Below are positions 1-14,359 of a stretch of DNA of 64,000 bases, piece after piece. How positions within the stretch are numbered: position 1 is the first letter of the stretch; each line of letters opens with the position of its first letter. The notes under the pieces were generated by a model. The model saw only the letters and a program-made list of their open reading frames with translations, made no database searches and was not told where the DNA came from. This stretch comes from the human T2T-CHM13v2.0 reference genome, Homo sapiens: the NCBI RefSeq assembly GCF_009914755.1, contig NC_060947.1, one strand, 5' to 3'. A program made the translations under genes and the position numbers.

Positions 1-15
1 AAAAAAATAAGGGTT

Positions 16-372
<357 letters not shown>

Positions 373-394
373 CTAATCCCCACCCTGCACAATC

Positions 395-570
395 TGTCTT
401 TATTCAAAATTTTAGTATTTTGCTCACCAATGATTTCTTTGTGTAAACATTGCTTCTTTTAAGTTTCATTAGGATGTCATTTATCCTGATTACTGAGCTT
501 ACAGCAGCCCCTTAAATGTCGCAGCCACCCAATAGGAAGCCTCACCTACCTCACCCAAGCCCCAGCCCTG
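395..570. mobile_element. Ancient hAT-type MER fragment (MER96B-like)
   Basis: Resembles the recalled end ...tttatcttgattactgag...cctcacc...ggccctg; a related fragment lies at ~5560-5690. Confidence 0.4.
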
Positions 571-1075
571 CAAATGGTTGTCCAATGTCCCCTGAGATCT
601 AAGATTATAGCCACCCTAATGCTGCAAATGCCCCAGCATGTCCCATTTGCCTTTCTAAAGGACATAAGCCCTGTCTGAAAGCTCACCTCTGTTGCGTTTT
701 CTATAGCCACTGCGATTTACAATCTGCTCCACATGTTTGACTATTTCAAATAGATATTTAAACAGGCATTTAAGTAATTTAAGTAGGTATTTTAATAATT
801 AACTGAAAACCAGACGAACGTTAAGGGACAAAACAAGATGTCAGCATTAGACACTTCTACGTCTGAGTTCACTTTTTTCTTTCCAGTGCAGTCTGTGGAG
901 CTTCTTGTAATACAAGAGGTGAGAAGTCGGAGGTTCACCTGTGAGGATATTTACCAGACCTGTGGGGGCTGAGGTATTAAAATTGAATTTTTAATACTAT
1001 TACTCTTCATGGCACAAGCGTCACCTCCACCATAATTTCCCTCTTTTAAAATTTTTGAAGACTTTTCAATGCTAG

Positions 1076-1407
<332 letters not shown>

Positions 1408-3873
1408 AGCCAGTTTCTTATTCTGTAAATAACTGAGGAATATCAAGGCAAGCCTCTTTCAACCCATGCATTCCATGTGGTATAAGGTGATGATCAGTTC
1501 TACAAAATGAAATGTTCCTTGTGGAAGAAATACCACTTCATACATATTTATCCCCACACTGACTGATCCAGTAGTTAATAAAGAGTAGATGTCCAACAAA
1601 TACTCACGGAGTAGATGAAACATTAAGTGACACAATGCCGGCCACAGAACTTTCCAGTTTATCTTCTTGCCCAAAGATGAATGTTTTATAAAATACTCAG
1701 ATGCTGAGTGTAATATTTAATTGCTGACTTTAACTAAGTTAGAAATAATTGTGGTACATTGCATACGAGAAGTAGGTGCAGAGAGAAAGCATGTTAAGCT
1801 GACTGGAGGCTTCTTTGCAATATCTACTCCTCTCATCCTTTACAGAATTGCAGTCCACAACAAGCAGAGGGAAAATAGGACTTGGATAGCTCTTGGCTGG
1901 TTTCAGGTGTTCTCAAACTCAAATTTAAAAATGCAGCACATTTGTTCCCTGTGCATCAGATGCTTTTAAAGGACAATTTGCAGACTCTTGCACTTAAATC
2001 TGCCATATGACTCATTTCTGTGTGGTAAGGTCACACACAGAAGAAAGTAGAATGATTAAATATAATTATGCTTTTATATGTGGAATGCAGGAAGAGCAAT
2101 CATTTTAATCACTTCACAGAGATAGAGATTTCTGTTACTTTGTGTCATGTAGAATTTATACTTAATGCTCCAGCGCATGTCTTATCTATACTGCAATGAG
2201 TTGACAATGCAAGGGCATTCTGGAGCCTTCGGGGTAGAGATAAACCCCAAAGTCAATCTGATTTGCCATTTCCTGAAATGGAGTAAAAGAGGTGTTTGGA
2301 GGTCACTAGAAACAGCTTGAAACCGACATAGGCCAAGAAAGAACTGGGAAATAACATCCTTGGGAATAGCACAGTAATGACCTCCAAGAAGCCTCTACTC
2401 CAAAAATACTTGGCAAAATTCATAAGAAAATATCCTGAGCCTGGAAAATGAACCAAAGGCTAGCATTGAACCAAAGGCTATCCCTGGAGCAATTATTCAA
2501 GAAAAATAGATGAATTTCAGTAAGAACAGTGGCTTTTGCAGGGTTTCAAATTGTTCTCTCCCAAGTTCCATGGTAGTCTTGTTGACAAACATCCCACACT
2601 CAGGAGCAACTAGTAGCAGAACAGCCACTGGAGGAATAAGAAGCCCCATCCGCAGAGAACTGTCATTATTTGACCTGTCTGCTAGTTCCCCAGAAGACCC
2701 CACTCACAAAGTTGTCATTATTTGACGTGACATAGAGCTCACCAGGTGAAACAGCCTTTTTCCTGGGGGAGTAGTCAAAAACAATCAGAGGTAACTGTAT
2801 AAAAGTGCAGCTGCCCAAGGTAGTAATAAAAGCTGGGGACGATACTAAAATAACCAAAACATTGAGAAGAAAACCTGGAGGATTCTATGCCCTTGGGGTC
2901 ATTTAAAAGCTCTGATGTGTTCCAGGGAATAAAGAAGGATTCATGCACACAGAGGGTTGTGTGCATGCTAACATGTGCACACATGGAGGGGAAAGACCTA
3001 AGAAAGACCTCAGATTCCTCTATGTCTGACCTTGAAGAATTGCTCCAAGAGGAAGTAAAGGCTAAGACAGAGATTCCAATTAGCTCTGGAGAGTAAACAA
3101 AGACTTGCAAGTATCCAAGCAGCATGTGCTCAAGAGAAATGGCTGAATTTTACTAAGTAGAGAAAGAACACTATGCCTGAGGGAGTGTGGAAATCATGCA
3201 CTAGCAGGAACACAGAGCCCCTCAGCTAGACCAGGAGACTGCAGACAACTAAGGCAATCGTTGTCCAATCATTGCTGAACACCAAGCTAACAGTGAAGAC
3301 ACTTTGGTGGAAACACATGCAACAAATAATACAGACTGCAGAATTAGTTCAGGAAAGTCATTAAACAAAGAAATACACAGCAGCAGAAACAACAACACAC
3401 GGAAAAACAAAATAGGAAGCAGAGAGAATTTTCAGAGTGGCTCCATTTTGTAACTTGTTCGACAACAACAACAAAATAAAAGGACATGAAGAGCCAAAAA
3501 ATAAAAATACAGCAATACATGGATTAAACACTCCAACCCCAAATCAGAGACTGGCAGAATGGACATGCTACCTATGGGAAATGTATTTTAGTTCCAAATG
3601 CACAGAAAGTAGGAAGCCTATAATCAACAAGACAAATAGTCACAAGTACTGGTGAGGATGCACAAAAATGGGAACTCTCATCTGTTGCTGGTATGAATAT
3701 AAAATGGTTTACCCATATTGCAAATCAGTCTGGCAGTTCCTCCAAAGGTGAAACATTGAACTGCCTTATAGACCAACAATTCTACTCATAGGTATATGCC
3801 AAAAGAATTGAAAACATATGTCTGCACAAAAACCTGTACACAAATGTTTGTGGTATTGCTATTTAGAACAGTC

Positions 3874-4078
3874 AATAACTTAATTGTACATTTTAAAATA
3901 AAGAGTGTAATTGGATTGTTTGTAACTCAAAGCATAAATGCTTGAGGAGATGGAACCCCATTCTCCATGTTGTGCTTATTTCAAATTGCATGCCTGTATC
4001 AAAACATCTCATGTACCCCATAAATATACACACCTACTACGTACCCACAAAAATTTTAAAAAACAAAAAATCAAAAAA
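3874..4078 (+). mobile_element. L1MA-type 3' end nested in older L1
   Basis: aataacttaattgtacattttaaaat...catctcatgtaccccataaatatacacacctactacgtacccacaaaaat followed by an A tail. Confidence 0.8.
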
Positions 4079-4454
4079 TAGTCAAAAATACCAGTAGCCC
4101 AATGTCTATGAATTGAAGATAAATAAAATGTGTAAATGCATAATATGGACATTATTTATCCATTTAAAAAATGTACTGATTCATTCCACAACATGAACCA
4201 TAACACATTACAGTAAGTGAAAATAGCTGAACACAAAAGTTCACATGATTTCATTTTTATTAAAGGTACACAAAGGTAAACCCACAGACAAAAAGTAGAC
4301 TACAGATTGCCAGGGTTTGGGAGAGAGGAGGATAGTATGGAGAGTGACCACTAATGAATGTTGAGTTTATTTTTGGGGTGATAAAAAATGTCTGGAATTA
4401 AATGTTAATGGTGGTTGCACAGCATGTAAATATAGTAAAAGATCACTGAAATTA

Positions 4455-5450
4455 CACAGTGACTCATGCCTGTAATCCCAACACTTTTGTGTACGGAATC
4501 GGTTCCTTCCGGTGGGTTCTTGGTCTCACTGACTTCAAGAATGAAGCCACGGACCCTCGCAGTGAGTGTTACAGGTTTTAAAGGTGGTGTGTCCAGAGTT
4601 TGTTCCTTCAGATGTTCAGATGTGTCCGGAGTTTCTTCCTTCTGGTGGGCTGGTGATTTCGCTGGCTTCAGGAGTGAAGCTGCAGACCTTCACAGTGAGC
4701 GTTACAGCTCTTAAAGGTGGCACGCCCGGAGTTGTTTGTTCCTCCCAGTGGGTTCATGGTCTCCTTGACTTCAGCAGTGAAGCTGCAGACCTTTGCAGTG
4801 AGTGTTACAGCTCATAAAGGTAGTGCAGACCCAAGAGTGAGCAGCAGCAAGATTTATTGTAAAGAGCAAAAGAACAAAGCTTCCACAGTGTGGAAGGGGA
4901 CCCAAGCAGGTTGCCGCTGAGGGACCGGGCAGCCAGCTTTTATTCCCTTATTTGGCCCCGCCTACATCCTGCTGATTGGTCCATTTTACAGAGCAGTGAT
5001 TGGTCCATTTTACAGAGTGCTGATTGGTCCATTTTTACAGAGTGCTGATTGGTGCATTTACAATCTTTTAGCTAGACACAGAGCGCTGATTGTTGCGTTT
5101 TTACAGAGTGCTGATTGGTGCGTTTACAAACCTTTAGCTAGACACAGAAAAGTTCTCCAAGCCCCACTCCACCCAGGAAGTCCAGCTGTCTTCACCTCTC
5201 ACTTTGAGAGGCTGAGGCCAGCATTTGACTTGAGGTCAGGAGTTTGAGACCACCCTGGCCAACATAGTGAAACCCTGTCTTTACTAAAAAATACAAAAAT
5301 TAGCTGGACATGCTGGCACACGCCTGTAATCCCAGCTTCTCAGGAGGCTGAGGCGTGAGATTCACTTGAGCCTGGCAGGCAGAGGTTGCAGTGAGTCAGG
5401 ATCACAGCACTGTACTCCAGCCTGGCTCAAAAAAATAAATAAATAAAATA
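4455..5450 (+). mobile_element. Alu (S-like) split by an LTR12 insertion
   Basis: cacagtgactcatgcctgtaatcccaacacttt [LTR] cttt gagaggctgaggc... continues as a normal Alu to the A tail. Confidence 0.9.
4488..5201 (-). mobile_element. LTR12 (ERV9) solo LTR
   Basis: tg...ca termini, 4-bp TSD cttt, gtgaagctgcagacctt repeats and tandem gctgattgg (CCAAT) repeats typical of LTR12. Confidence 0.92.
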
Positions 5451-6295
5451 TACTGAAGTTGTGTTGTTTGAGAACTGCATTGTATGTGCATTATATCTTA
5501 ATGAACAATACATTTTTTAAAACACCATGACAAATGACATCAGGAAGAGTGTCATATTACAGCCCGAGGCAAAGGAATAGTTGATAATACTGATCTTTAT
5601 TTGAAATGCTCATAATTTGTTCATCATATGTTTTTGGTATTAATTTTGATTTTTTACAATTTTGCCTTAAATTATCATTTATATTGGGGGAAAAAAGAGA
5701 AAGAACTGTATTGATAATTATGACACAGTACATCTGCAGCTCCTAAAATTCCTGACACTATTGTCTTCAGGTAAATATATGCTGTGGTTATTATTCAGCT
5801 TCTCTGTTATGAATTAAAACCCAAAGATCTTCTCACAAGAGTACCGTTGAAGTTCATCATGAGTGCAGTAAGAAAAAATCATGAAGTTCATCATGATGAA
5901 GTTCATTATGAGTTCAGTAGTAAAAAAATCCAAGAGTGTCAACTACAACATGCCCTAGACAGCCCTAACTATGACAGACACAACTCTTTCTATGATTTAG
6001 TTACACTGTTTTCATTCCCATTCAAAACACCAAAGGCTATCATGCACACAGAGAATCTCAAGGTGCCTTGTAGCAATGGCTGCATCATGAAACATGAAAG
6101 AAGAAGGGAACAAGATTCAGTGGCTCAACCTTAAATGGGACAAGAGCATCATAAGTGGTACCTTATGAGGACTCATTCATATTCTTCTATCCAAAAATAT
6201 TGAAAGCTGCAGGAGAAATTTTAAGTTCACTCTTTTATATTCATATACTCTGTAGCTATTTAGTCTCGTTTTGGAAAATGGTTATTTTTAACCAT

Positions 6296-7320
6296 TGCAT
6301 TAGTTCCCTGTGGCTGTTGTAACAAAACAAACATAAACTCAATGGCTCCAAACATCACAAATTTATTTTGTTATCTGAAAATGCCCATCAATGGCAGACT
6401 GGATAAAGAAAATGTGGTACATATACACCATGGAATACTATGCAGCCATGAAAAAGAATGAGATCATGTCCTTTGCAGGGACATGGGTGAAGCTGGAGGC
6501 CATTATTCTTAGCAAACTAATGTAGGAAGAGAAAACCAAATGCTGCATGTTCTCACTTATAAGTGGGAGTTAAATGATGAAAGCACATGGACACAGAGGG
6601 GAACAGCTCACACTGGGGCTTATTGGAAGATGGAGGATGGGAGAAGGGAGAGGATCAGGAAAAATAACTAATGGGCACTAGACTTAGTACCTGGATGACA
6701 AAATAATCTCTACAACAATCCCCTGTGACATGAGTTTACCTATATAACAAACCTGCACATATGCCCTGAACTTAAAACAAAAGTTGAAAAAAAGAAAAAG
6801 AAAAACAAAAGAAAATCAGAGAACTTAAATGAGTCAGCAGAGCTGCACTCCTTTTGAGGCTTGAAGGGAGAATCTGTTTCCGTGTCTTTTTCAGCTTCTA
6901 GAGGATATCCAAATTTATTGGTTCATGACCCTGACATCACTCTGACCTCTGTTTCCATTGTCACGTCTCCATTTCTCACTCTGAGCCTTTTACCTCCCTC
7001 TTATAAAGACCATTGAAATTAAATTGGGTTCACATCTGTAATATCTAGGGTAATGTCCTCATCTCAAGATCCTTAATTTAATCATATCTGCAAGTACCTT
7101 TTGCCAAATAAGTTAGCAAATGCACGTGTTCCAAGGATTATATTTGCGAAATAAGTTATTAAATGCACGTGTTCCAAGGATTATATTTGCCAAATAAGGA
7201 TTTGCCAAATAAGGATTAAATGCACGTGTTCCAAGGATTATATTTGCCAAATAAGTTAGCAAATGCACATGTTCTAAGGACTTGGCTATCTTGGGGTCCA
7301 TTATTCTGCCTGCTACACAA
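6296..7320 (-). mobile_element. MLT1 (C/D/E-like) MaLR LTR, interrupted by L1PA
   Basis: tgcattagttccctgtggctgttgtaacaaa ... gggagaatctgtttcc ... catctcaagatccttaatttaatcatatctgcaa. Confidence 0.8.
6378..6812 (+). mobile_element. L1PA (older, about PA13-16) 3' end
   Basis: gactggataaagaaaatgtggtacatatacaccatggaatactatgcagcc ... aggatcaggaaaaataactaatggg ... A tail. Confidence 0.9.
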
Positions 7321-7754
7321 GGATTAGTATGTGAACATCTTTGAAGACCATTACTCTGTCTACCATAGGGGTATTTAGGACGTAGACATCTTTAGGGCCA
7401 TTATTCTTTCTACCACATGGGAATTAGGACGTGAACATTTTGGGATACCATTATTCTGTCAATTAGGATGTGGACATCTTTGGGGACTGTTATTCTGTCT
7501 ACCACATGGGGATTAGGATGTGGACACTTTGGGGCACCACTATTCTGCCCATCACATGAGGATTAGGACATAGATATTTGGGGGACACCATTATTCTGTC
7601 TACCACATGGGAGTTAGGATGTAAACATCTTTGGGGGCCATTATTCTGTCTCTCAGATGAAATTAGGGCATCGACATCTTTGAGGCCATTATTCTGTCTA
7701 CTGCATGGGATTAGGATGTGGACATCTTTGGAGGCCATGATTCTGACTATGAAA
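7099..7754. repeat. Tandem arrays derived from the MLT1 terminus
   Basis: ~43-bp unit ttgccaaataagttagcaaatgcacgtgttccaaggattatat (7099-7275), then ~10 copies of ~49-bp ggattaggatgtggacatctttgggggccattattctgtctaccacat. Confidence 0.9.
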
Positions 7755-8269
7755 GCCATCTTTCTAAAATATTGGTCAACAAATACTTCCCCATGACTCA
7801 GATTCAACTGGATAATTTTAAAATTGCCAAATCTTAAATATTCAATCACAAAGCATATTCATAGGAGTTCATTGTTTTAATAGTAAGTAAATACTTCATT
7901 GTTACATGGAACTAGTTTAAATTCCATAGTAATTGACTTCCTTTCAGGTCTAAATCATAAATTCTTCAGAAGTAAAAATTCCTTTCAGACCTTCTTTTAT
8001 CAAATAATTGATCTTTCTCGTGTGAGGTATGGTATGACATTCAAATATTTGATTGCCGGCATCAAAAACAAAGAAGTTATATTTAAAGGCTTCGTTTTGA
8101 AACATTTTTATCCCTGAGTGGGTTTTCCTTACCAAAGAAAATACTTAGAGGTTCTCCATCAGCAATTGAATTCCAAGAGACAGGAGCTATAAGTCCTGGT
8201 ATTATATATACGACGCATAAATTTTGGTAAAATAATGAAAGGGTTCCTGGGCTTGAGATAAAAGTCATG

Positions 8270-8375
8270 GGGGCTCTTATTCCAGCTCTGCTTTTAACTA
8301 GGCATCCCTTTCCACTGGAGAATTGACTTCGCAGTGCCCTAAGTTTTCTCACCTGCAAAATGATGGCGTTGACCC
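8270..8375 (+). mobile_element. MIR fragment
   Basis: ttccagctctgc...cctaagttttctcacctgcaaaatg core. Confidence 0.55.
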
Positions 8376-9740
8376 CAATCACATGTCCCGTCTCTTCCAT
8401 CTCTCCCAGTCATATGAACTAATATCAAATTATTCTGCGACTCTGTGTCTTCTTATGTCCTTATCAACCTTTGCAAAAGGGAAAATTTTCAAGGATGGCA
8501 AAACAAGTCTTGTGAGGCTCAGGAGATCACAAGGTCACCTGAATATGAGAGTTCGGATCCTAAATGCAAATCACAAGACGACTCACATTCTATTGTGAGG
8601 TATGAGACTGTGGGAGTGAACTTTTCTTCCAACAGTTAATGTTTCCCTGACAAATTCCAGCACGTCCTTCAAGCATCCTTTAGCATGATTTCCTGAATGT
8701 CATCCTTATTATTGTTGGGTTGGCCACTTGTAATTTTTATGTTTAGTTGCATAACTTCTTGTTCAAGACATTGAAGTAAGGAGACATTTTGGATGATGCT
8801 GAAGGATTCAAGTTGGTGGAACTAGATTTGATGCAGGAGGTGACTCAGACTGCTTTGGGGTTCCTAGATGTGGAAGGTATAGTTTGTGGGTGGGGGGACT
8901 GAATTTATATTTCAGTGCTCTGAGCTAATCTTAACACTATTAGTATCAAACTCCAAATCTGCTCCATTCTGTGCTCTTGTTATCTCAGGACACCTGGCTG
9001 ATTTATTCTGCCTTGACGAGGGCTTTTGGGAAGCAACTGTAAAATTGCTTTCTTAGGACCTTTTGTCCAAAGTGCCTTACAGAACTAGCAGAAGCACAGG
9101 CTACTTCCTAATTATTGTGAAATTGGGGAGCAATACAGAGCTTTTTCATATAGAAAGGGAAGTGCTTCGAAGAAAACAGGCTTCAATTCTGCAAAGTTCA
9201 GGGTAGAAAAAGAGAATGTATTTTCTCTGTTCCCTTGGCTATGCAATTTGGAAATCTTGAATAAATCTCCCCTTCCTAAGGCAACCACATCCAGTTCTAA
9301 TTGCAGGCTTCAGAGGGACCTGAGATGCATTAGATTCAAAAGAATAATGTTGGAACAAGGTGCAATTTAAAAAGCAGAGGAAGAATAACAAGAAACACAC
9401 CCAAAGACACAGGAAAACACACTTACATATAAATACACACACACACACAGAGGAATTGGCAAATAAACATGTCATAAAAACATGACATCAAAGCTTTATT
9501 AATTTGAACTTGTAGCATGAGAAAGGAAGGTGGATTTACATGTGTGTGTATGTGTGTCATCATACATGCACATACGTGAAAAAATGTGATTAAATATATG
9601 TGTATATGCATATTAAATAGCCTTACAACTCTTGAGGTGAAACAATCGTATTTTCCTGGAATAAGCATATGGAAGCATCAGTTTTGTGTTTTTTAAATTA
9701 ATGAGCTATCTGGGTCATTGTTGCTCATAGTTAACACCTC

Positions 9741-10123
9741 TGATATGGTTTGTCTCTGTGTCCTCATCCAAATCTCATCTGGAACTGTAATCTCCATAGT
9801 CCCCACATGTTGAGGGAAGGACTTGGTGGGAGGTGACTGGATCATGGAGGTGGTTTCTCCCATGCTGTTCTCATGATAGTAAGTGAGTTCTCATGAGATC
9901 TGATGGTTTTATAAGTGTTTGACAGTTTCTCCTTCAAACGCTCCCTTTCTTTCCTGCCACCTTGTGAGGAAGGTATTTGCTTCTCCGTTGCCTTCTGCCA
10001 CGATTGTAAGTTTCCTGAGGCCTCCCCAGCCATGTGGAACCGTGAGTCAATTAAACCTCTTTCCGTTATAAATTACCCAGTCTCAGGTATTTCTTTATAG
10101 CAATGTGAGAACGGACTAAGACG
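9741..10123 (+). mobile_element. THE1D-like MaLR solo LTR
   Basis: tgatatggtttg...aaatctcatc...ataaattacccagtctcaggtatttctttatagc; 383 bp; TSD acctc/ccctc. Confidence 0.9.
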
Positions 10124-11144
10124 CCCTCCCTGTGTATTGACACAAAGAAGAGTGATAGCAGTAGAATCAAGCACTGCAGAAATGAAAGGCTACTGCTTCT
10201 CCTAACATTGATTTTTCTTGCATTTCAATAACTATTGTGTTAGGAAATAGCAGACTGAGAACAGACCTGTCTCAAATGTACTTGCCTTCAACAGTAAATT
10301 GCATGGTGTATTTTTTGTGATGATTTGAAAGAAAGGGAATAGCATTTTATCTGTGGAATTAACAATCACAAATGATTTTTAAAAAAATTTTCCTGAAACT
10401 AGCAATACCATCAATTCCCTGTGCTTTTTGTCTACAACTGTAACAATTCAGTAGTAGTAGTCTCATTAATAACAGGAGTTCCTGTCTTCTGTTTTACATA
10501 CATTTGATAAAGAAAAATGAAATTGATTCATGTTTTTGCATTGCAGCTAATTATTTTCAAACTTTGGACACAAGGAGGAACACATAAATGAATGACTTTA
10601 ATGGTGAAACATTTTAATGCCAACCACTTGGAAAATCATAACATTTTACAATCAGCATTAAACATATTCTGTACATTTTAGGTGTTTAGAGTTATATGTT
10701 TAATCCTAAATATTTTAAATGTTGCCAGTTGGAATTTTTATGTGAGTTTACTAAAAATGCGTTCTTTTTTTTTCTTTTTTACTATCCAACTTAATTTCAC
10801 CACTTCTATAAAACTTTCTCTTACATAAAAGGTAGCTTTTTCAGAATTCTGAAGCAGCTATTTTAAAGAAATGCATTATTTCATATGATTATATAAATAT
10901 ATATTATTTCTTTGATATCTATTGAGGAAATCAAGTGTCATCTCACCAATGCTTTGAAATTCTTTAACATGAAATGGCATTTGTTTTGTAATTGAAGAAC
11001 AAGGCCTAAAGTAGAAGAAAAACAAATGGCACAAATAACAATACAAATAACTATAGGAGTAATAACAAACAACATGACTGGAAGGTTTACTATGTGTCAG
11101 GCACTTTAAAGCATCAATTAGGAGAATAATCATCACTAGGAGCT

Positions 11145-11528
11145 GGCCAGGTGCGGTGGTTTATGCCTGTAATCCCACTGCTTTGGGAGAGAAAGGAGGA
11201 AGGATCACTTGAGGCCAAGAGTTTGAGACCAGCCTGGGCAACACAGCAAGACTCTGTCTCGACAAAAAATAATAATAATAAAAAAATCAGCTGTGCATGG
11301 TGGTGCGCTTCTGCAGCCCCAGCTACTTTGGGGGGCTGACATGGGAGGATCGCTTGAGCTCAGGAAGTCGAGGCTGCAGTGAGCTCTGATTGTGCCACTG
11401 CACTGTAGCCTGGTCAACAGAGCGAGACATTGTCTCTAAAAATAAAATAAAATATAAAATAAAATAAAATAAAATAAAATAAAATAAAATAAAATAAAAT
11501 AATAAAATAAAATAAAATAAGAAATAAA
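11145..11528 (+). mobile_element. AluJ with long (AAAAT)n tail, inserted in a reverse MIR (~11060-11610)
   Basis: Alu dimer, ~80-bp pentanucleotide tail, MIR-like flanks (tactatgtgtcaggcact; tatagatgagaacact). Confidence 0.9.
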
Positions 11529-12286
11529 TTATCACCACAAGCTGATGAGGGAGAAATTTGGTTGGGCTGAACTTATAGATGAGAACACTAAAGAGAGAAG
11601 AGGCGGTAAAACAGCACCCAGGAATCCAGGTAGGATATGGATTTTGATATCTCGGTGCCAGCCTTGGACAACATCCCCAGCCATCACATTGCCTCTTAAC
11701 TGGATACTAAATCCATGAACAGCATTTCCCAGGTGGAATTAGGAGGGACTGACATCAGAGAGTTTGATTTTGGTAAAAACAAAAACAAAAGTCAAACAAA
11801 AACCAAGGCTAGGAAGGAGAAAACGGATGCAGCCAAATCCATCATTTGCTTTTCCTGTTCTCTGAATCACTCCAAGAACGTCAGCATCTGATGGGTGTCA
11901 AAATCACACTTTTTGTACCTTGCACACTGTTTCCTTGTCTTGGGCTTTTCCTCATTATAATAGGACGTATTTGTGTCTCCCTTTTTTCCACACTAAGAAC
12001 TCTGGCTTCCCCTATGTATAATGTGGTTAATCGTTTCCTTAAATACCATCTAACTTCAAAACCGAATGGGATTCTTTTCCATGTTAGCTCAATGTTTGTT
12101 CTTTCCAATAATAGGATATTCTTTAATAAGTGAGCTCTTTGTCTAGACCATTTGGGTATTTCTGCCCATATTGAAGACAGTATAGATTGACTTTTTTTTT
12201 TTTTTAAGAAATGTTGATGCTGTGTCTGGGTTAGGCAAACGTTTCCTACAGAGAGGAAACATGGTGATAATATTAAAATTAGTGCT

Positions 12287-12592
12287 GGCCAAGGATGATG
12301 GCTCACACCTGTAATCCCAGCAATTTGGAAGACGAAGGTGGGAGGTTCGCTTGAGGCCAGGAGTTTGAGATCAGCCTAGGCAACATAGTGACACCTCATC
12401 TCTACAAATAATTTATTTTAAAAAATTAGCTAGGTTTGGTGGCATGTGCCTGTGGCTCTAGCTACTTGGGGGGCTGAGGAATGAGGATTGCTTGATCCCC
12501 GGATGTCAAGGCTGCAGTGAACCGTGATCACGCCACTTGTGCTCCAGCCTGGGCCACAGATCGAGACCCTGTCTCAAAAACAAACAAAAAAA
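12287..12592 (+). mobile_element. AluJ
   Basis: Diverged Alu dimer with gtcaaggctgcagtga. Confidence 0.9.
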
Positions 12593-13150
12593 GTATTCAT
12601 TGCCTAACTTTTTTCTTATTTTTCATTATGAAAAATCCATTGGCCTTTTTTTTCCGGCTTTAACATTTCATGCTTATTTCATATTATTTTGTTAAGATTG
12701 ATTTCTCAGTTTGAAACAAAGGTTTGCAATAGTCTGCTAAAACAAGCATGTGATTGTAATGGAGAAATTTCTTCCTTGTAAATTTCAACCAAGGGACACA
12801 TAATAATACAGAATAAATGATAGGGCACTATTTCTATAAGACTATCCTTTACTTGAAGAAATTTTGACATCATAAGAGGAAAAATTACCACTATTTTATA
12901 GTGTTACAGATTATCTATCATTATGTACTTTTTTCTGAACAGAACAATTTGCTGGTTTAGCTGAAGGAAATCACAATGTTAGAATCACATGCATGTCTCA
13001 AAGAAAGTCATTTTTCAAAACTTCACAAACATATTCCCTGTGATCAGTTGTATTTATCAGAGATGTTCAGAGAATTTCTCCCAATCCACAGGCCCTTCAT
13101 ATAGAGCGACTTTAAAGCTTTAAGATTCTTTTCAGACAAATGATGCTCCC

Positions 13151-13462
13151 GGCTGGTGTGGTGGCTCAGGCCTATAATAATAGCACTTTGGGAGGCCAGG
13201 GCAGGAGGATTGTTGAGGCCAGGAGTTGGAGACCAGCCTAGACAACATAGTGAGAACTTGTTTCTACACAATAATAATAATAATTTTAAATTACCCAGGC
13301 ACGGTAGTTCATCCCTGTAGTCCCAGTTACTTGGAAGGCTGAAGGGGGAGGATCATTTCAGTACAGTAGGTTGAGGCTGCAGTGAGCCATGATCAAACCA
13401 CTGCACTCCAGTCTAGGAGACAGAGCAAGACCCTGTCTCAAAAAAAAAAAAAAAAAAAAAAA
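13151..13462 (+). mobile_element. AluJ
   Basis: Alu dimer, A tail, TSD gatgctc on both sides. Confidence 0.9.
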
Positions 13463-13804
13463 GATGCTCTCTCCTCTGGAATCTGAGCAAGGTTGTGAAA
13501 CCAAAGGAAGTGACACTGTGTACATTCTGAGGCTGGATTGTAAATGAAGCCCAAGCATCTTCCTGGAGGTGCCTCATACATTCCATCTGAGAGCCGTTAC
13601 TGAGCCAGCATCCATCCGCAGACATAGGAGTCATGAAACCTTCACTTCATTCTATTCCCCAGCCAGAGTGACCTCCCTACCTTTGTAAATTCCAAACATC
13701 ATGGGCCAAGACAGCCATACGCAATGAACCCTTTCAGTGTCCCTAAAGCACAGAATCGTTAGCATAATAAAACGATTGCTGTTCTACAAGACTAAGTTAG
13801 GGGT

Positions 13805-14189
13805 CAATATAGTTTGGATATTTGACCCTTCAAAACTCATATTGAAATTTGATCCCCATGTTGCAGGTGGGGCCCGGCAGGAGGTGTTTTTGTCATGGGG
13901 GTGGATTCCTCATGAATGGCTTGGTGCCCCTGGGAATGAGTGAGTTCCTACTGTATAGTTCATATGAGCATGGCACCCCTCTTCCTCTGTCTTTCCCTCC
14001 CTCGCATGTGACCCTCCATTTCCCCTTTCACATTTGCCGTTATTGGAAGCGTCCGGAGGTATTTACAAGAAGAAAAGACTTCTTATACCGCCTGAAAAAT
14101 CGTGAGTCAGGTAAACACCAGGCTTTATAAATTGATAAATTACCCAGGCTCAGGTATTTCTTTATAGCAAAGCAAAGCAGACTGAGACA
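13805..14189 (+). mobile_element. MST (MSTB-like) MaLR LTR
   Basis: atagtttggatatttgaccc...ataaattacccaggctcaggtatttctttatagca...gactgagaca. Confidence 0.85.
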
Positions 14190-14359
14190 GAGGTGATCTG
14201 TACACAAAAATAGAACCGGAAAACACACACACACAGGACACAGACAAACACAGCTTTCAAATGAAAGCTAAGAAGATTAAATAAGGTTCCAGATTTATGA
14301 GCAATTATTTGCAAGACTATTATTTTTATAGTATTAGTACATTCCTAAAATAATCCTTT

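Larger units (their letters stand above)
2240..5510 (+). mobile_element. Old L1M remnant (5'-region fragments plus 3' end), interrupted by younger elements
   Basis: 3620-4455 matches the L1 ORF2 end/3'UTR (gggaactctcatctgttgctggtatgaatataaaatgg; attgccaggg...gagtgaccactaat) and resumes after 5450. 2240-3560 resembles L1M 5' sequence (less certain). Confidence 0.65.

Noticed and set aside
1600-1700. Minus-strand donor (gtgagt) with a short open frame
   Set aside because: No convincing acceptor or protein similarity.
5848-5930. Short gaagttcatcatga reiteration within a 116-aa ORF
   Set aside because: Ordinary micro-duplication; the ORF has no recognisable homology.
7271-7754. CRISPR-like regular array
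   Set aside because: No unique spacers, units are head-to-tail MLT1 termini, primate DNA, no cas genes.
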